This document shows, piece after piece, positions 28,041 to 40,485 of a stretch of DNA of 59,406 nt; position 1 is the first letter of the stretch, and each line of letters begins with the position of its first letter. The position numbers were made by a program, and so were the translations under genes. The DNA comes from an uncultured bacterium. Its GTDB lineage: Bacteria; Omnitrophota; Gorgyraeia; Ghiorseimicrobiales; Ghiorseimicrobiaceae. Below the pieces are notes generated by a model, which was not told the origin of the DNA, searched no databases, and saw only the letters and a program-made list of their open reading frames with translations. The stretch lies in NCBI GenBank assembly GCA_913009335.1, contig CAJVXN010000008.1, positions 1 through 59,406 of the forward strand, written 5' to 3'.

Positions 28041-28916
28041 GTGAATACAACAGTAAAAAAAATCGGTAAATCTAAGGTAGAATTAAACATTCAAGCAGGT
28101 AAAGAAATAGTAGAAAAAAAGTATGAAGAAGTTTATACTCAGATAGGTAAAGAAGCGAAAATTTCGGGATTTAGGCCCGGCAAAGTGCCTCGGGATATAA
28201 TAAAACAAAGGTTTCATGAGGAGGCTAAATCCAGCGTCATGCAGGGATTACTCGAAGAGTTATATAAGCAGGCAGTCGATGGTGAGAATATTGCTGTTAT
28301 TAATCATCCCGAGATAACTGATGTTGATTTAAAAAATGATAGTTTTTCTTTTAAGGCGGTAGTCGAGGTGAGGCCGGAAGTTAAAATCAATAAATATAAA
28401 GGTATAAAAATAAAAAGAGAAAAAAGTGAAGTAGGGGAGGATAAGATAAATGAAGCCCTTGATAATATAAAGAAGGAAAGAAAGGCTGATGCACTCGATG
28501 ATAATTTCGCTAAAAGCATGGGGTATCCTGCGCTTTCGAATTTTAAAGAAGTAGTAAAAAATCAGCTATTTATTAGCCTTTCGGAAAATGCCAGGCGTAG
28601 TCATGAGGCACAGGTGGTAGATTATCTTGTTGATAATTCAGAGTTAGATGTACCTCCTTCTATCATTGAGCGCGAATACGCTGAGAGAATAAAGATGTTG
28701 GATTACCAGATGGCAAAGCAGGGAATTAATCCGGAAGATATCCAAAAGAAGAAGAAAGAATCGGATAAAGGTCTGCGTGAGGCAGTAGCAAAAGATATTA
28801 AAGTCTATTTTATTTTAGACAAAATAGCAAGCCTGGAAAATATTGAAGTAGATAGTAAGCAGGGTACATCCAAGGTAATGGAATTATTACTTAAAGAAGC
28901 GAAATGGTCAGAATAA
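28041..28916 (+). CDS. tig: Trigger factor, short form lacking the PPIase domain
   Basis: GFRPGKVP ribosome-binding motif; about 291 aa; LDDNFAK follows the N-domain directly; upstream of clpP. Confidence 0.9.
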   Translation: MNTTVKKIGKSKVELNIQAGKEIVEKKYEEVYTQIGKEAKISGFRPGKVPRDIIKQRFHEEAKSSVMQGLLEELYKQAVDGENIAVINHPEITDVDLKNDSFSFKAVVEVRPEVKINKYKGIKIKREKSEVGEDKINEALDNIKKERKADALDDNFAKSMGYPALSNFKEVVKNQLFISLSENARRSHEAQVVDYLVDNSELDVPPSIIEREYAERIKMLDYQMAKQGINPEDIQKKKKESDKGLREAVAKDIKVYFILDKIASLENIEVDSKQGTSKVMELLLKEAKWSE

Positions 28917-28926
28917 AAAAGGAGTG

Positions 28927-28985
28927 CTTTGACTCCGCTTGGTACTTCGACTAGAAGTATCCTGAGCGAGCGAAGCGAGTCGAGG
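28927..28985. repeat. GC-rich REP-like palindrome between tig and clpP
   Basis: ctttgactccgctt...cctgagcgagcgaagcgagtcgagg with an inner tacttc/gaagta stem. Confidence 0.6.
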
Positions 28986-28994
28986 GAGGTAGAT

Positions 28995-29624
28995 ATGCAG
29001 ATAAATTCACAGAGTCACCAGACAGAAGCAGGGCAAGTATTAATTCCCATGGTTGTAGAGCAGACAAGCCGTGGTTTTGAACGTGCTTATGATATTTATT
29101 CAAGGTTATTAAAAGATCGCATTATTTTTATCGGCACTCCTATTGATGATACAGTAGCGAATTTAGTAATAGCGCAGATGCTATTTCTTCAGATGGAGGA
29201 TGTCAATAAAGATATAAGTATTTATATTAATTCTCCGGGGGGATCAGTAACTTCCGGACTCGCAATTTATGATACTATACAGTTTGTAAAGCCTAAGGTA
29301 TGCACTTATTGCGTGGGTCAGGCAGCCAGTATGGGCGCGTTACTTCTTGCTGCAGGGGCCAAGGGGAGCCGCTATGCGCTTCCTAATTCCCGTATTATGA
29401 TACACCAGCCCTGGGGGGGAGTACAAGGCGCAGCATCAGATATATCTATTCAGGCAAATGAGATACTTAGGTTAAGAGAGACATTGGAGAAAATATTATC
29501 CGGACATACAGGTCAGAGTTTGGAAAAAATCAAGAAAGATTCTGATAGGGATTATTTTATGAGTTCGCAAGAAGCTAAGAAATACGGGATAATTGATGAA
29601 GTAATTGCTTCGAAAAAGAAATAA
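28995..29624 (+). CDS. clpP: ATP-dependent Clp protease proteolytic subunit
   Basis: Motifs [28 protein letters not shown] and RIMIHQP; gggaggt RBS before ATG 28995. Confidence 0.98.
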   Translation: MQINSQSHQTEAGQVLIPMVVEQTSRGFERAYDIYSRLLKDRIIFIGTPIDDTVANLVIAQMLFLQMEDVNKDISIYINSPGGSVTSGLAIYDTIQFVKPKVCTYCVGQAASMGALLLAAGAKGSRYALPNSRIMIHQPWGGVQGAASDISIQANEILRLRETLEKILSGHTGQSLEKIKKDSDRDYFMSSQEAKKYGIIDEVIASKKK

Positions 29625-29634
29625 ATGAGGAAGT

Positions 29635-29751
29635 ACTCCAATAGTAAAGCACTGTGAAAATTTAGAATAAATTTTCTGGTAACTATCGGAGTCAATTCAG
29701 CCAAACAACTTATGTTCAGCCTGTGGCTTTCATAAGTTATGGCTTCATTGA
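29635..29751 (+). repeat. Bipartite hairpin repeat family A, copy 3
   Basis: actccaatagt...actatcggag, then tcaattcagccaaacaacttatg...cataagttatggcttcattga. Confidence 0.75.
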
Positions 29752-29752
29752 T

Positions 29753-30889
29753 ATGAAAAAAAGTTATTTGTTAACACCCGGTCCGACACCTTTGCCGCCA
29801 GAGGTGCTAGACGCGCTTTCAAGGCCCATAATACATCATCGTACCGATGTTTTTAGGAAAATAATTGCCGAGGCAATTGAAAATTTGAAATATATCCTTC
29901 AAACTAAAAACGATGTTTTTATTCTTGCTTCATCAGGCACGGGCGCAATGGAGGCATCAGTTGTAAATGTTTTATCAAGTGCAGATTATGCCCTTACTAT
30001 TGAAGGGGGAAAGTTTGGCCAGCGCTGGACTGAAATCTGTAAAGCTTACGGTATAAATTGCGATGTTTTAGAAGTAGAATGGGGAAAAGCAGTTGAGCCT
30101 GAGGTAATACAGGAAAGACTTAGAAAGAATCCTAAGATAAAAGCAGTTTTTGTAACGCACTGTGAGACTTCTACCGGTGTTGTAAATGATATAGAAGGAA
30201 TTGCCGAGGTAGTAGCAAAAACAGATGCTGTTTTGATAGTTGATGCGATTTCATCATTAGGGGCTATGCCTATTAAGACAGATAAATGGGGGATAGACAT
30301 TGTTGTTGCCGGCTCTCAAAAAGGACTTATGCTTCCCCCTGGTCTTGCCTTTGTAAGTGTTAGTAAAAAAGCATTAAAGATGGCTCAGGAAGCAATGAGT
30401 CCTAATTATTATTTTTCCTTTAAAAAAGCAAAAAAGGCATTTGATTCATCTGATACGCCGTTTACTCCGGCAATACCTTTAGTAATTGCTTTAAATGAGG
30501 CATTGAATTTATTAAGGTCCGATGGTTTGGATAATCTGTTTGCAAAGTATAAGAAGATGGCTTGCGCAACTCGGGCTGCCGTCTTTGCGTTGGGGCTTAA
30601 GCTTCTTTCTCCTGATGCGGCAAGCGATGCTGTTACGGCAATAAAATTACCTCAGAATATTGATGGTGCAAAATTAGTAAAAGTTATGCGTACGGAGCAT
30701 GGGGTTTGGGTGGCCGGAGGGCAGGCAGAGCTTAAGGGTAAGATTATCCGTATTGCCCATATGGGTTATATAAAAGAATCCGATATTTTAATTGCTATTT
30801 CGTCTCTTGAAAAAGTTTTAGATAGTATGGGATATAAATTTCAAGTCGGTGCAGGTTTAAAAGCAGCAGAGGATATATTCTCAAAATGA
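29753..30889 (+). CDS. Class V PLP aminotransferase (alanine-glyoxylate/phosphoserine aminotransferase type)
   Basis: Motifs LLTPGPTP, SSGTGAME, HCETSTG and GSQKGLMLPPGL; adjacent to serA. Confidence 0.93.
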   Translation: MKKSYLLTPGPTPLPPEVLDALSRPIIHHRTDVFRKIIAEAIENLKYILQTKNDVFILASSGTGAMEASVVNVLSSADYALTIEGGKFGQRWTEICKAYGINCDVLEVEWGKAVEPEVIQERLRKNPKIKAVFVTHCETSTGVVNDIEGIAEVVAKTDAVLIVDAISSLGAMPIKTDKWGIDIVVAGSQKGLMLPPGLAFVSVSKKALKMAQEAMSPNYYFSFKKAKKAFDSSDTPFTPAIPLVIALNEALNLLRSDGLDNLFAKYKKMACATRAAVFALGLKLLSPDAASDAVTAIKLPQNIDGAKLVKVMRTEHGVWVAGGQAELKGKIIRIAHMGYIKESDILIAISSLEKVLDSMGYKFQVGAGLKAAEDIFSK

Positions 30890-30891
30890 CG

Positions 30892-30969
30892 TATCCCGCC
30901 GTTGGCGGGATCAATTCACGCATATAATTTACAAAAATCTGAGATTTTCGTAAATCATGCGTTCATTGA
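30892..30969 (+). repeat. Bipartite hairpin repeat family A, copy 4
   Basis: tatcccgcc-gtt-ggcggga, then tcaattcacgcat...atgcgttcattga. Confidence 0.8.
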
Positions 30970-30979
30970 GGAGCAAGAT

Positions 30980-32563
30980 ATGCTTAAGGTATTAATTAGT
31001 GATAAATTAGCCGATGAAGGGGTAAAAATATTAGAGGGGCAGGAAGGCTTGTTAGTTGAAATCAAGACAGGCCTTAGCCCCGAAGAGTTAAAAGAAATCA
31101 TCGGTGATTATGATGGTTTAATTGTCAGGAGCGGTACAAAAGTTACCAAAGATGTTTTAGAAAAAGCCTCTAAGCTTAAAGTAATAGGGCGGGCAGGCGT
31201 AGGATTGGATAACGTAGATTTGGAGACAGCAACGAGCAGGGGTATTATCGTTATGAATACTCCCGCAGGTAATACTATTTCGACCTGTGAACATACTGTA
31301 AGTATGATGCTTGCGCTTTCCAGAAATATTCCCCAGGCTGATTCTTCTATGAAGAAAGGCGAGTGGAAGCGTTCCAAATTTATGGGTGTAGAAGTTTATG
31401 GTAAGATTTTAGGTATATTGGGATTAGGTAGAATAGGCACAGAGGTAGCTAAACGCGCCCTTGCTTTTGGAATGAAAATTATTGCCTGTGATCCGTATCT
31501 GACATTAGAAAAGGCTGAAGAGTTGGGGATTGAATTAGTTGAGGCTGAGGAGTTGTTTAAAAGAGCTGATTATATTACTGTGCATGCCCCTCTTTCCGAG
31601 GAGACAAAGCATATTATATCCGATAAAGAATTTAATTTAATGAAAGACGGAGTGCGTATTATTAATTGTGCCAGAGGCGGAATTATTGATGAAAAAGCAC
31701 TTGTTCGCGCGATTAAGAGTAAAAAAGTCGGAGCTGCGGCTTTAGATGTATTTGAGAAAGAGCCTCCTACTGATTCTTCGTTATTAGAGTTGGATAATTT
31801 AATTGCAACGCCTCATTTAGGTGCCTCTACAGAAGAAGCGCAGGTAAATGTGGCAATCGAAATCGCTGAGTCAGTTAAAGATGCGCTTTTAAAAGGGATT
31901 ATCAGAAATGCTGCGAATTATCCCTGTCTTGAGCCGGAAGTATGTAAAGTGCTCAATCCTTATATAAACCTGGCCGAAAAATTAGGGCTGTTTGCCGGAC
32001 AAATTCTTGAAGGTAGATTATTTAAGGTAAATATTGAGTATAACGGAGAGATAACCAAAATGGATTGTTCTCCTTTAACTCTTAGCCTGTTAAAGGGGTT
32101 GCTCACGCCCAGCCTGCAGGAAACTGTTAATTTTGTAAATGCGCTAACGCTTGCTAAAGAGAGAGGAATAAAGGTAAGTCAGGTAAAATCAACGCAATCA
32201 GATGAATTTGCTAATTTGATAACGATTACCGCTGAAACAGATAAGGATAATCATTGTGTAAGTGGTACGTTGTTTACCAATAAAGAAATGCGCATAGTAA
32301 AACTGGATGATTTTTATATCGAGGCGATACCTAAGGGTCCGATGCTTATTATTAACAATCTGGATAAGCCTGGTATAATCGGGAATTTAGGCATGCTTTT
32401 AGGGAAACATGATATAAATATAGCCGGTATGAATTTCGGCAGAAAAACTCCGGGAGGAAATTCTATCACTGTGTTAAATGTTGATAGTCCGGTATCCGAT
32501 GATGTCATTTGCCGTATAAAACAGTTAGAGAATATATTGTCTGTTAAGATGGTAAAATTATAA
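30980..32563 (+). CDS. serA: D-3-phosphoglycerate dehydrogenase
   Basis: GRAGVGLDNVD, GLGRIG, INCARGG, TPHLGAST and a C-terminal ACT domain; gaggag RBS before ATG 30980. Confidence 0.97.
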   Translation: MLKVLISDKLADEGVKILEGQEGLLVEIKTGLSPEELKEIIGDYDGLIVRSGTKVTKDVLEKASKLKVIGRAGVGLDNVDLETATSRGIIVMNTPAGNTISTCEHTVSMMLALSRNIPQADSSMKKGEWKRSKFMGVEVYGKILGILGLGRIGTEVAKRALAFGMKIIACDPYLTLEKAEELGIELVEAEELFKRADYITVHAPLSEETKHIISDKEFNLMKDGVRIINCARGGIIDEKALVRAIKSKKVGAAALDVFEKEPPTDSSLLELDNLIATPHLGASTEEAQVNVAIEIAESVKDALLKGIIRNAANYPCLEPEVCKVLNPYINLAEKLGLFAGQILEGRLFKVNIEYNGEITKMDCSPLTLSLLKGLLTPSLQETVNFVNALTLAKERGIKVSQVKSTQSDEFANLITITAETDKDNHCVSGTLFTNKEMRIVKLDDFYIEAIPKGPMLIINNLDKPGIIGNLGMLLGKHDINIAGMNFGRKTPGGNSITVLNVDSPVSDDVICRIKQLENILSVKMVKL

Positions 32564-32568
32564 CTTTT

Positions 32569-33888
32569 ATGAAGTTAAACCCGAATTATGCAATAGATCG
32601 CGGAATTCGACGTAACCTCTTAGGCCATCTTACCTTTCAAAAAGCCTCGCCGTACCATAAAGGTATGCCTGCGTTTTCTTCAAGGCAATCTAACCCAATA
32701 TGTTACGTCTCGGTTCTCACGTCTATTGCACGATTCGGGTTAAAATGCATATGCTTCTTAGTTGTTTTTTTGTTTTTTAGCTCTTTTGTTTATGCGTCAG
32801 GTGTTACTGTTGATTTAGACTCAAACTCTCTGGATGCAGGTCGCGTAGATGAAGGCGTTGTTTTGGCTCAAAGTTTCTTTATCCAAAATAATAGTCAGGT
32901 CCCGGTTAAGATAACCGTTGCCGCTTTAGGATGCGCGTGTTTTGAGGTTATATCTCCTCGCGGAAAAATAGAGCTTTTAGGCGGGGCAAGGCAGGAAGTT
33001 AGATTTAACTTTAATACTACCGGTTTTAACGGTAAGGTTTCTAAGTTTCTATATGTTTATACAAGCGATAAGGCGAATCCCGTAATAAGAGTGGAAGTTA
33101 CAGCAGAGGTTAAAGCTTCCAGGGAAAAATTTATTAACCGCTTTTCGGATTTTAGTTCTTTGACAATTTTAAGTGCCGGATTTATTGACGGGATAAATCC
33201 TTGTGCTTTTACAGTAATGGTATTTTTTATTTCTTTTTTAACCTTTGCCGGATATAGAAAACAAGATATGCTTATTGTCGGTTGTTTATTTATCCTGGCT
33301 ATATATGTGACGTATGTATTAATAGGTTTCGGTCTGTTTAAGGTTTTAAGGGGTTTAGAAAATTTTGCTTATTTTTCACGCCTTTTCTATTATATTATTG
33401 CGGGATTTTCTTTTGTTTTGGGCGCGGTTAATCTGTATGATTTTTGGGTTTATAAAAAGACAAAAAATCCGGAAAAAATAGTTATAAAATTGCCGTCTTT
33501 GATAAAAAGAAAGATTCAAAGCACCATAAGAGAAGAATTAGCTAAAGGAGAAGAAGAAAAGAAAAGTTTATTTCTTCTTATTATTGCCAGCTTATCCTGC
33601 GGGTTTATTATTTCTCTTCTAGAATTATTTTGCACGGGGCAGCTATATTTACCTACTATTCTGTATATTTTAAAGTTTGAAGCGTTAAAATTTCGCGCAA
33701 TATTCTATCTTTTACTTTATAACGCCATGTTTATAGTACCTTTAATTGCTGTCTTTATATTATCTTTTTTTGGGTTTGGCTCTTTGCGTTTTGAAAAGAT
33801 AGCGTGTGCGTATCTGGGGTGGGTTAAGATAGCCACGGCCTTTGTATTTTTTCTGCTGGGTACAGTTTTATTAATTTGGAAAGGATAA
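32569..33888 (+). CDS. DUF1573 Ig-like domain plus CcdA/DsbD-like membrane protein
   Basis: Ig-like N-terminus with LGCAC; membrane part with DGINPCAF and LELFCTGQLYLP. Confidence 0.75.
   Translation: MKLNPNYAIDRGIRRNLLGHLTFQKASPYHKGMPAFSSRQSNPICYVSVLTSIARFGLKCICFLVVFLFFSSFVYASGVTVDLDSNSLDAGRVDEGVVLAQSFFIQNNSQVPVKITVAALGCACFEVISPRGKIELLGGARQEVRFNFNTTGFNGKVSKFLYVYTSDKANPVIRVEVTAEVKASREKFINRFSDFSSLTILSAGFIDGINPCAFTVMVFFISFLTFAGYRKQDMLIVGCLFILAIYVTYVLIGFGLFKVLRGLENFAYFSRLFYYIIAGFSFVLGAVNLYDFWVYKKTKNPEKIVIKLPSLIKRKIQSTIREELAKGEEEKKSLFLLIIASLSCGFIISLLELFCTGQLYLPTILYILKFEALKFRAIFYLLLYNAMFIVPLIAVFILSFFGFGSLRFEKIACAYLGWVKIATAFVFFLLGTVLLIWKG
32578..32742. mobile_element. 165-bp MITE-like palindromic element inserted in frame after codon 3
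   Basis: Terminal IRs aacccgaattatgcaataga / tctattgcacgattcgggtt; TTA repeated on both sides. Excision gives MKLKCICFLVVFLFFSSFVYA. Confidence 0.8.
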
Positions 33889-35686
33889 TGAAGATTATGA
33901 AAATAGCTAGTTTAAAATTTTCAATTTATCGGTTTATTTTTACGGTTTTCTGTATTATATTTTCCGCGTCTTTTTGTTCTGCGGAGAGCGAAAAACTTAC
34001 AATTCTCTATACGGGAGAGACACATTCCATGCTTTATCTTTGCCCTTCTTGTCCGGTTAACATATCAGGAGGATTGAGCAAGCGTGCTACAAAAATTAGA
34101 GAGCTGCGTAAGAAGAATCGTAATGTTTTGCTTCTTGATAGCGGAGGAATGTTTGCTGGCGGCACAATGGATGAGTATAGCCAAACTGTGGAATTAGATA
34201 AGAAACGCACACTTATAAACTTAGATGCGGTAAAGTTAATGGATTATGATGCTGTGGCTGTAGGAGATGACGAATTTAATTTCGGGGAGGATTTTTTAAA
34301 GAATATAATAAAAGAAAAAGGTATTACTTTTCTTTCAGCGAATATTGAAAATGATTATATAGAGCCTTATGTCTTAAAACAGGTAAATAATTTTAAGGTT
34401 GGAGTATTTGCTTTAACAACCAGTGATGTCAGGCAAAAACTAACTACGATAAAATATATAGATCCGGAAGCCGCGGCAAATAAAACTGTAAAAGATTTAA
34501 GGGCCAAAGGCGCGGATATCATTATTTTATTAAGCCACTTAAGCGAAGAGGAAGACCTGGATTTAGTTAAAAGAGTTGAAGGTATTGATCTTTTGGTTAC
34601 CGGGCATAGATTGTCAGGGCATAATGGTGATGTTGATGAAAAGGCAGGGGGAAGGGGTACGATAATATTGCGCCCTACCTGGCAGGGCAGAAGATTAGGT
34701 AGGGTGGATTTAGAAGTAGAACGCGGCAAGATCGTAGGCCACAAGATAGAGGATATAGTAATTGATGAGAAGATAAAAGATGATAAAGGCATTTTAGCTA
34801 TTTTGCCTGAGTGTTTTTCTGATAAGGGGTGTCGTAAGAAAGGTTCATGGGGTAAATGTAAAGATGCGGCAACGCTTCTTTCAAAATGCGTATTCAAAAA
34901 AGAGGAGCCGGTATCCATTCTTATCATTAAGCCAAAAAGATGCAAAAGTTGTGATATTGAAAACGCCGTTAGTTATTTTAACGATACCTTTGGGAAAGTT
35001 AAAATTTCTTATTTAAATTTTGAAACACGAAAAGGCAGACGGTTAGTTGAAAAATTAGGTATTGAAATGTTGCCGGCTTATCTTTTAGGAAAAGAGGTAG
35101 AGAAAAAAGAAATTTTCTCGACTTTTAAAAAATATTTAACCCTTAAGGATGGTAAATATTTGCTTGATGTGTCGGTGCTAGGTGTTTCTTTCTTTATCGG
35201 TAGAGAGAAAAAAAAAGGCAGGCTTGATTTATTTATCAGTCTGTTTAGTAAGGAATCTAGAGGAATTTTATCGTTAGTGGAAGATTTTTTAAGGGATAAG
35301 CCAAAACTTAAATTTAGTCTGCATTTTTTAGGTGTAACAGAAAGAGAGAAGGTAATTACTCCTTATGGCCAGCGGGAGATGGAAGAGGATTTAAGGTCAG
35401 TTTGTGTTATGGATAAATATCCGCATAAATTCTGGGATTATGTTTCTTGCCGCGCAAAAAACATAGAGAGTACTTGGTGGGATGATTGTTTAGAATCTTC
35501 CGGTATAAGTATTACTGTGATAAAGGAGTGCAGTGGTTCGCGCATGGGACGGGAACTTCTTTTGGATAATATTAGATTGAGCTCAGATCTTAATATTATG
35601 TCTTCCGGGACATTTTTGATTGATAACCAAGAGGTTTTTAGTACACTAAAAGTACCAAAAAAGGAAGAACTAGAAAGGATGATACG

Positions 35687-35690
<4 letters not shown>
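33888..35690 (+). CDS. Exported multidomain protein: UshA/5'-nucleotidase-like N-domain plus Cys-rich thioredoxin-like domains
   Basis: N-domain LTILYTGETH, CPSC..GGLSKRAT, LLLDSGG, IIILLSH; C-terminal CKSC and further Cys. Confidence 0.7.
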
Positions 35691-38207
<2,517 letters not shown>

Positions 38208-38216
38208 AAAGGGTAT

Positions 38217-38438
38217 TTATCCACGGGGATAGACCCTTCTGATACCTTTAAAGGAGGAGGTCTTATATACTTAACGGTTTGTCAGATAAGAGGTTTTGTT
38301 TTTACTTGACTTTTTTAAAGGGTGTGATATATTAGCTTTAAATAAGCGGAGGTATCCCACCGAATAGTCTATAGGTATTTAATCAAGTTATCCAGAAGGA
38401 TAGACCATCCCGATACATTCAAAGGATGGGTCTTACAT
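38217..38438 (+). repeat. Two related ~51-bp double-hairpin units (38217-38268, 38388-38438) flanking a putative promoter
   Basis: ttatcc-N4-ggatagaccMtYY.gatacMttYaaagga...ggtcttaYat in both; TTGACT-16 bp-TATATT at 38306-38333 between them. Confidence 0.7.
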
Positions 38439-38449
38439 GGAGGAGAGTG

Positions 38450-39112
38450 ATGAAGAATAAGCTAAGAAAGGGAGTAAGCGTACTTTTTGTCTCTGTTTTA
38501 GTGGTATCTTTAGCAGGGTGTACCGTAATATTTCAAAAAGGCAAAAGATCCAATGTTGAAAAAATTGAATCTTTAAATCAACAATTAAGCGAACTCGAAT
38601 CCGCAAAGAGGTTATTAGAGCAAAGATTAGGGCAGGAGATCGCTGATAAAGAAGTGCGTCTTGAGATGGCAGAAAGAGGTTTAGTTATTACTTTCGTTGC
38701 GGATATATTGTTTAAGTCAGGAAAGGATAAATTATTAACTTCTGCTTATAAAACACTGGATAAAGTATCGCGCGTGCTTACAGAGAACCTTGCTGATATG
38801 AATATAGGTATTGAAGGGCATACTGATAATGTTCCGATTAGGTTTTCAAAATGGAAATCCAATTGGGAGCTTTCCGCGCAAAGGGCGTTAAGCGTGCTGC
38901 ATTACCTGGTAGATAAAAAAGGTGTTAGCGGTAGGAGAATTTCAGCTATCGGATACGGAGAATTTCGTCCCGTCGCTTCCAATGATAGTAAGGATGGACG
39001 GCAATCAAATCGCAGGGTAGAAATTGTTGTTTTACCCAAGATGAGCAAGGTTAGTAAAGATAATAGTTTTCAGGGAGTATTAGGATCTTTTTCGGAAGAA
39101 AATCTTAAATAA
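38450..39112 (+). CDS. OmpA/MotB-family peptidoglycan-binding lipoprotein
   Basis: Lipobox LAGC; IEGHTDNVP, NWELSAQRA, GYGEFRP, NRRVEI; ggagga RBS. Confidence 0.9.
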   Translation: MKNKLRKGVSVLFVSVLVVSLAGCTVIFQKGKRSNVEKIESLNQQLSELESAKRLLEQRLGQEIADKEVRLEMAERGLVITFVADILFKSGKDKLLTSAYKTLDKVSRVLTENLADMNIGIEGHTDNVPIRFSKWKSNWELSAQRALSVLHYLVDKKGVSGRRISAIGYGEFRPVASNDSKDGRQSNRRVEIVVLPKMSKVSKDNSFQGVLGSFSEENLK

Positions 39113-39181
39113 TTTTTGAGGTTTTTGTTAAACTTTTCCCATTTAAATAATAGGGAAAAGTAATATTGACTTACATGAGTG

Positions 39182-39223
39182 ATGGCTTTGGCTATCGGTT
39201 GCCAAACCATCGCCTTCTGGCTT
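39182..39223. repeat. Family C 42-bp unit, copy 3
   Basis: atggctttggctatcggttgccaaaccatcgccttctggctt. Confidence 0.95.
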
Positions 39224-39239
39224 ATAGAAAGGTCAATGA

Positions 39240-39629
39240 ATGATTGATGAGACACTTAAAAATCGTATAATTTTAATCATAAGTATTCTTTGTCTTATAT
39301 TTTTCTTTGCGGTTGTCGGTTCAACCAAAAAATCGTTAGAATATGAAAGAGATTGGAAGGCCGAGCTAAGAAAGCGCATGGAGCTTGAAGAGCAAAATAT
39401 AAATTACGTAAAAGAAAAAGTCGTCTTAGAAAGTAATAATAAACAAATGGCGGCCCAGTTTGAAAAAGAAAAAAAAGCGCACGAGGAAACTAAGAAGTTT
39501 TTAGTCAAAGAACAGTCAGACGCGAAAAGCGCAAATGAAGAGCTAGAGAAATTGAGTATGCTTAAAGATACGCTGGAAGAAAATTTAAAAGAAGCGCTTA
39601 TAAAAAACCCGAACAGGAAAAAAAGGTAG
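39240..39629 (+). CDS. Hypothetical membrane-anchored coiled-coil protein
   Basis: One N-terminal TM helix followed by an E/K-rich heptad region. Confidence 0.7.
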   Translation: MIDETLKNRIILIISILCLIFFFAVVGSTKKSLEYERDWKAELRKRMELEEQNINYVKEKVVLESNNKQMAAQFEKEKKAHEETKKFLVKEQSDAKSANEELEKLSMLKDTLEENLKEALIKNPNRKKR

Positions 39630-39783
39630 GGACTGTCTATGTTTTAGTTGATATCCTAGTTGTGCAATGAGCGCAACAGCTGTTAATCCTAGCTAGGCGT
39701 AAATGAAGTTTTACCAAGGGGGATACTAATCCCCCATTTTGTTAGAATAGAGACTAAAATAAGAAAATAAAACGCTCGAAAAT

Positions 39784-40485
39784 ATGGTTCCTAAGCATAT
39801 CGCAATTATAATGGATGGTAATGGCCGCTGGGCCAAGGAGCATCATCTGCCTCGCAGTTTGGGGCATCGGGAGGGGGCGCTACGAGTAAAGGAGATAATG
39901 CGCGCGGCCCTGGATTTAGGGGTAAAGGTATTGACAATATTTGCTTTCTCGACTGAAAATTGGAATAGGCCCAAGAAAGAAGTAGACATGCTGATGAATT
40001 ATTTCGGTGTTTTCTTAAAAAAAAATGAGCCGGAGTTAAATAAAAGGGGTGTAAGGTTACGTATTATCGGAAGGCGAGATCGTATTCCTAAAAAATTAAA
40101 ATTAAAGTTTGATGAAGTAATAGAAAGTACATCCGTAAATTCAAATATTACTTTAAATTTGGCCATAGATTATGGAAGCCGCTACGAGATAGTAAGCGCT
40201 GTAAAAACTATAGCCAGAAAAGCAAAAGAAGATATCAAATTTAATCTTGAGTCCATTGATGAGAAATATTTTTCAGATCATCTTTATACTAAGGATTTAC
40301 CCGATCCGGATTTACTTATCCGCACATCGGGAGAGGAGCGTTTGAGTAATTTTATGCTATGGCAGTTATCGTATACGGAATTATATTTTTACAATAAACC
40401 ATGGCCCGATTTTAAAAAAAAGGATTTTATTGAAGCCGTAGAGATGTTCAATAAGCGCAGTAGGAGATTTGGAAAAATAAAATGA
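39784..40485 (+). CDS. uppS: Undecaprenyl diphosphate synthase
   Basis: Motifs HIAIIMDGNGRWA, FSTENW and IRTSGEERLSNF. Confidence 0.98.
   Translation: MVPKHIAIIMDGNGRWAKEHHLPRSLGHREGALRVKEIMRAALDLGVKVLTIFAFSTENWNRPKKEVDMLMNYFGVFLKKNEPELNKRGVRLRIIGRRDRIPKKLKLKFDEVIESTSVNSNITLNLAIDYGSRYEIVSAVKTIARKAKEDIKFNLESIDEKYFSDHLYTKDLPDPDLLIRTSGEERLSNFMLWQLSYTELYFYNKPWPDFKKKDFIEAVEMFNKRSRRFGKIK

Noticed and set aside
27197-30979. N-terminal extensions of lptB, tig, clpP, the aminotransferase and serA in the ORF track
   Set aside because: They run through intergenic repeats or upstream genes; downstream starts match family N-termini and/or have an RBS.
38450-39112. Flagellar stator motB
   Set aside because: It has a lipobox rather than the MotB TM helix with the conserved Asp, and there is no motA.
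39661-39715. ANTAR twin-hairpin target
   Set aside because: The loops (aatga, tgaag) do not fit the required closed hexaloops.
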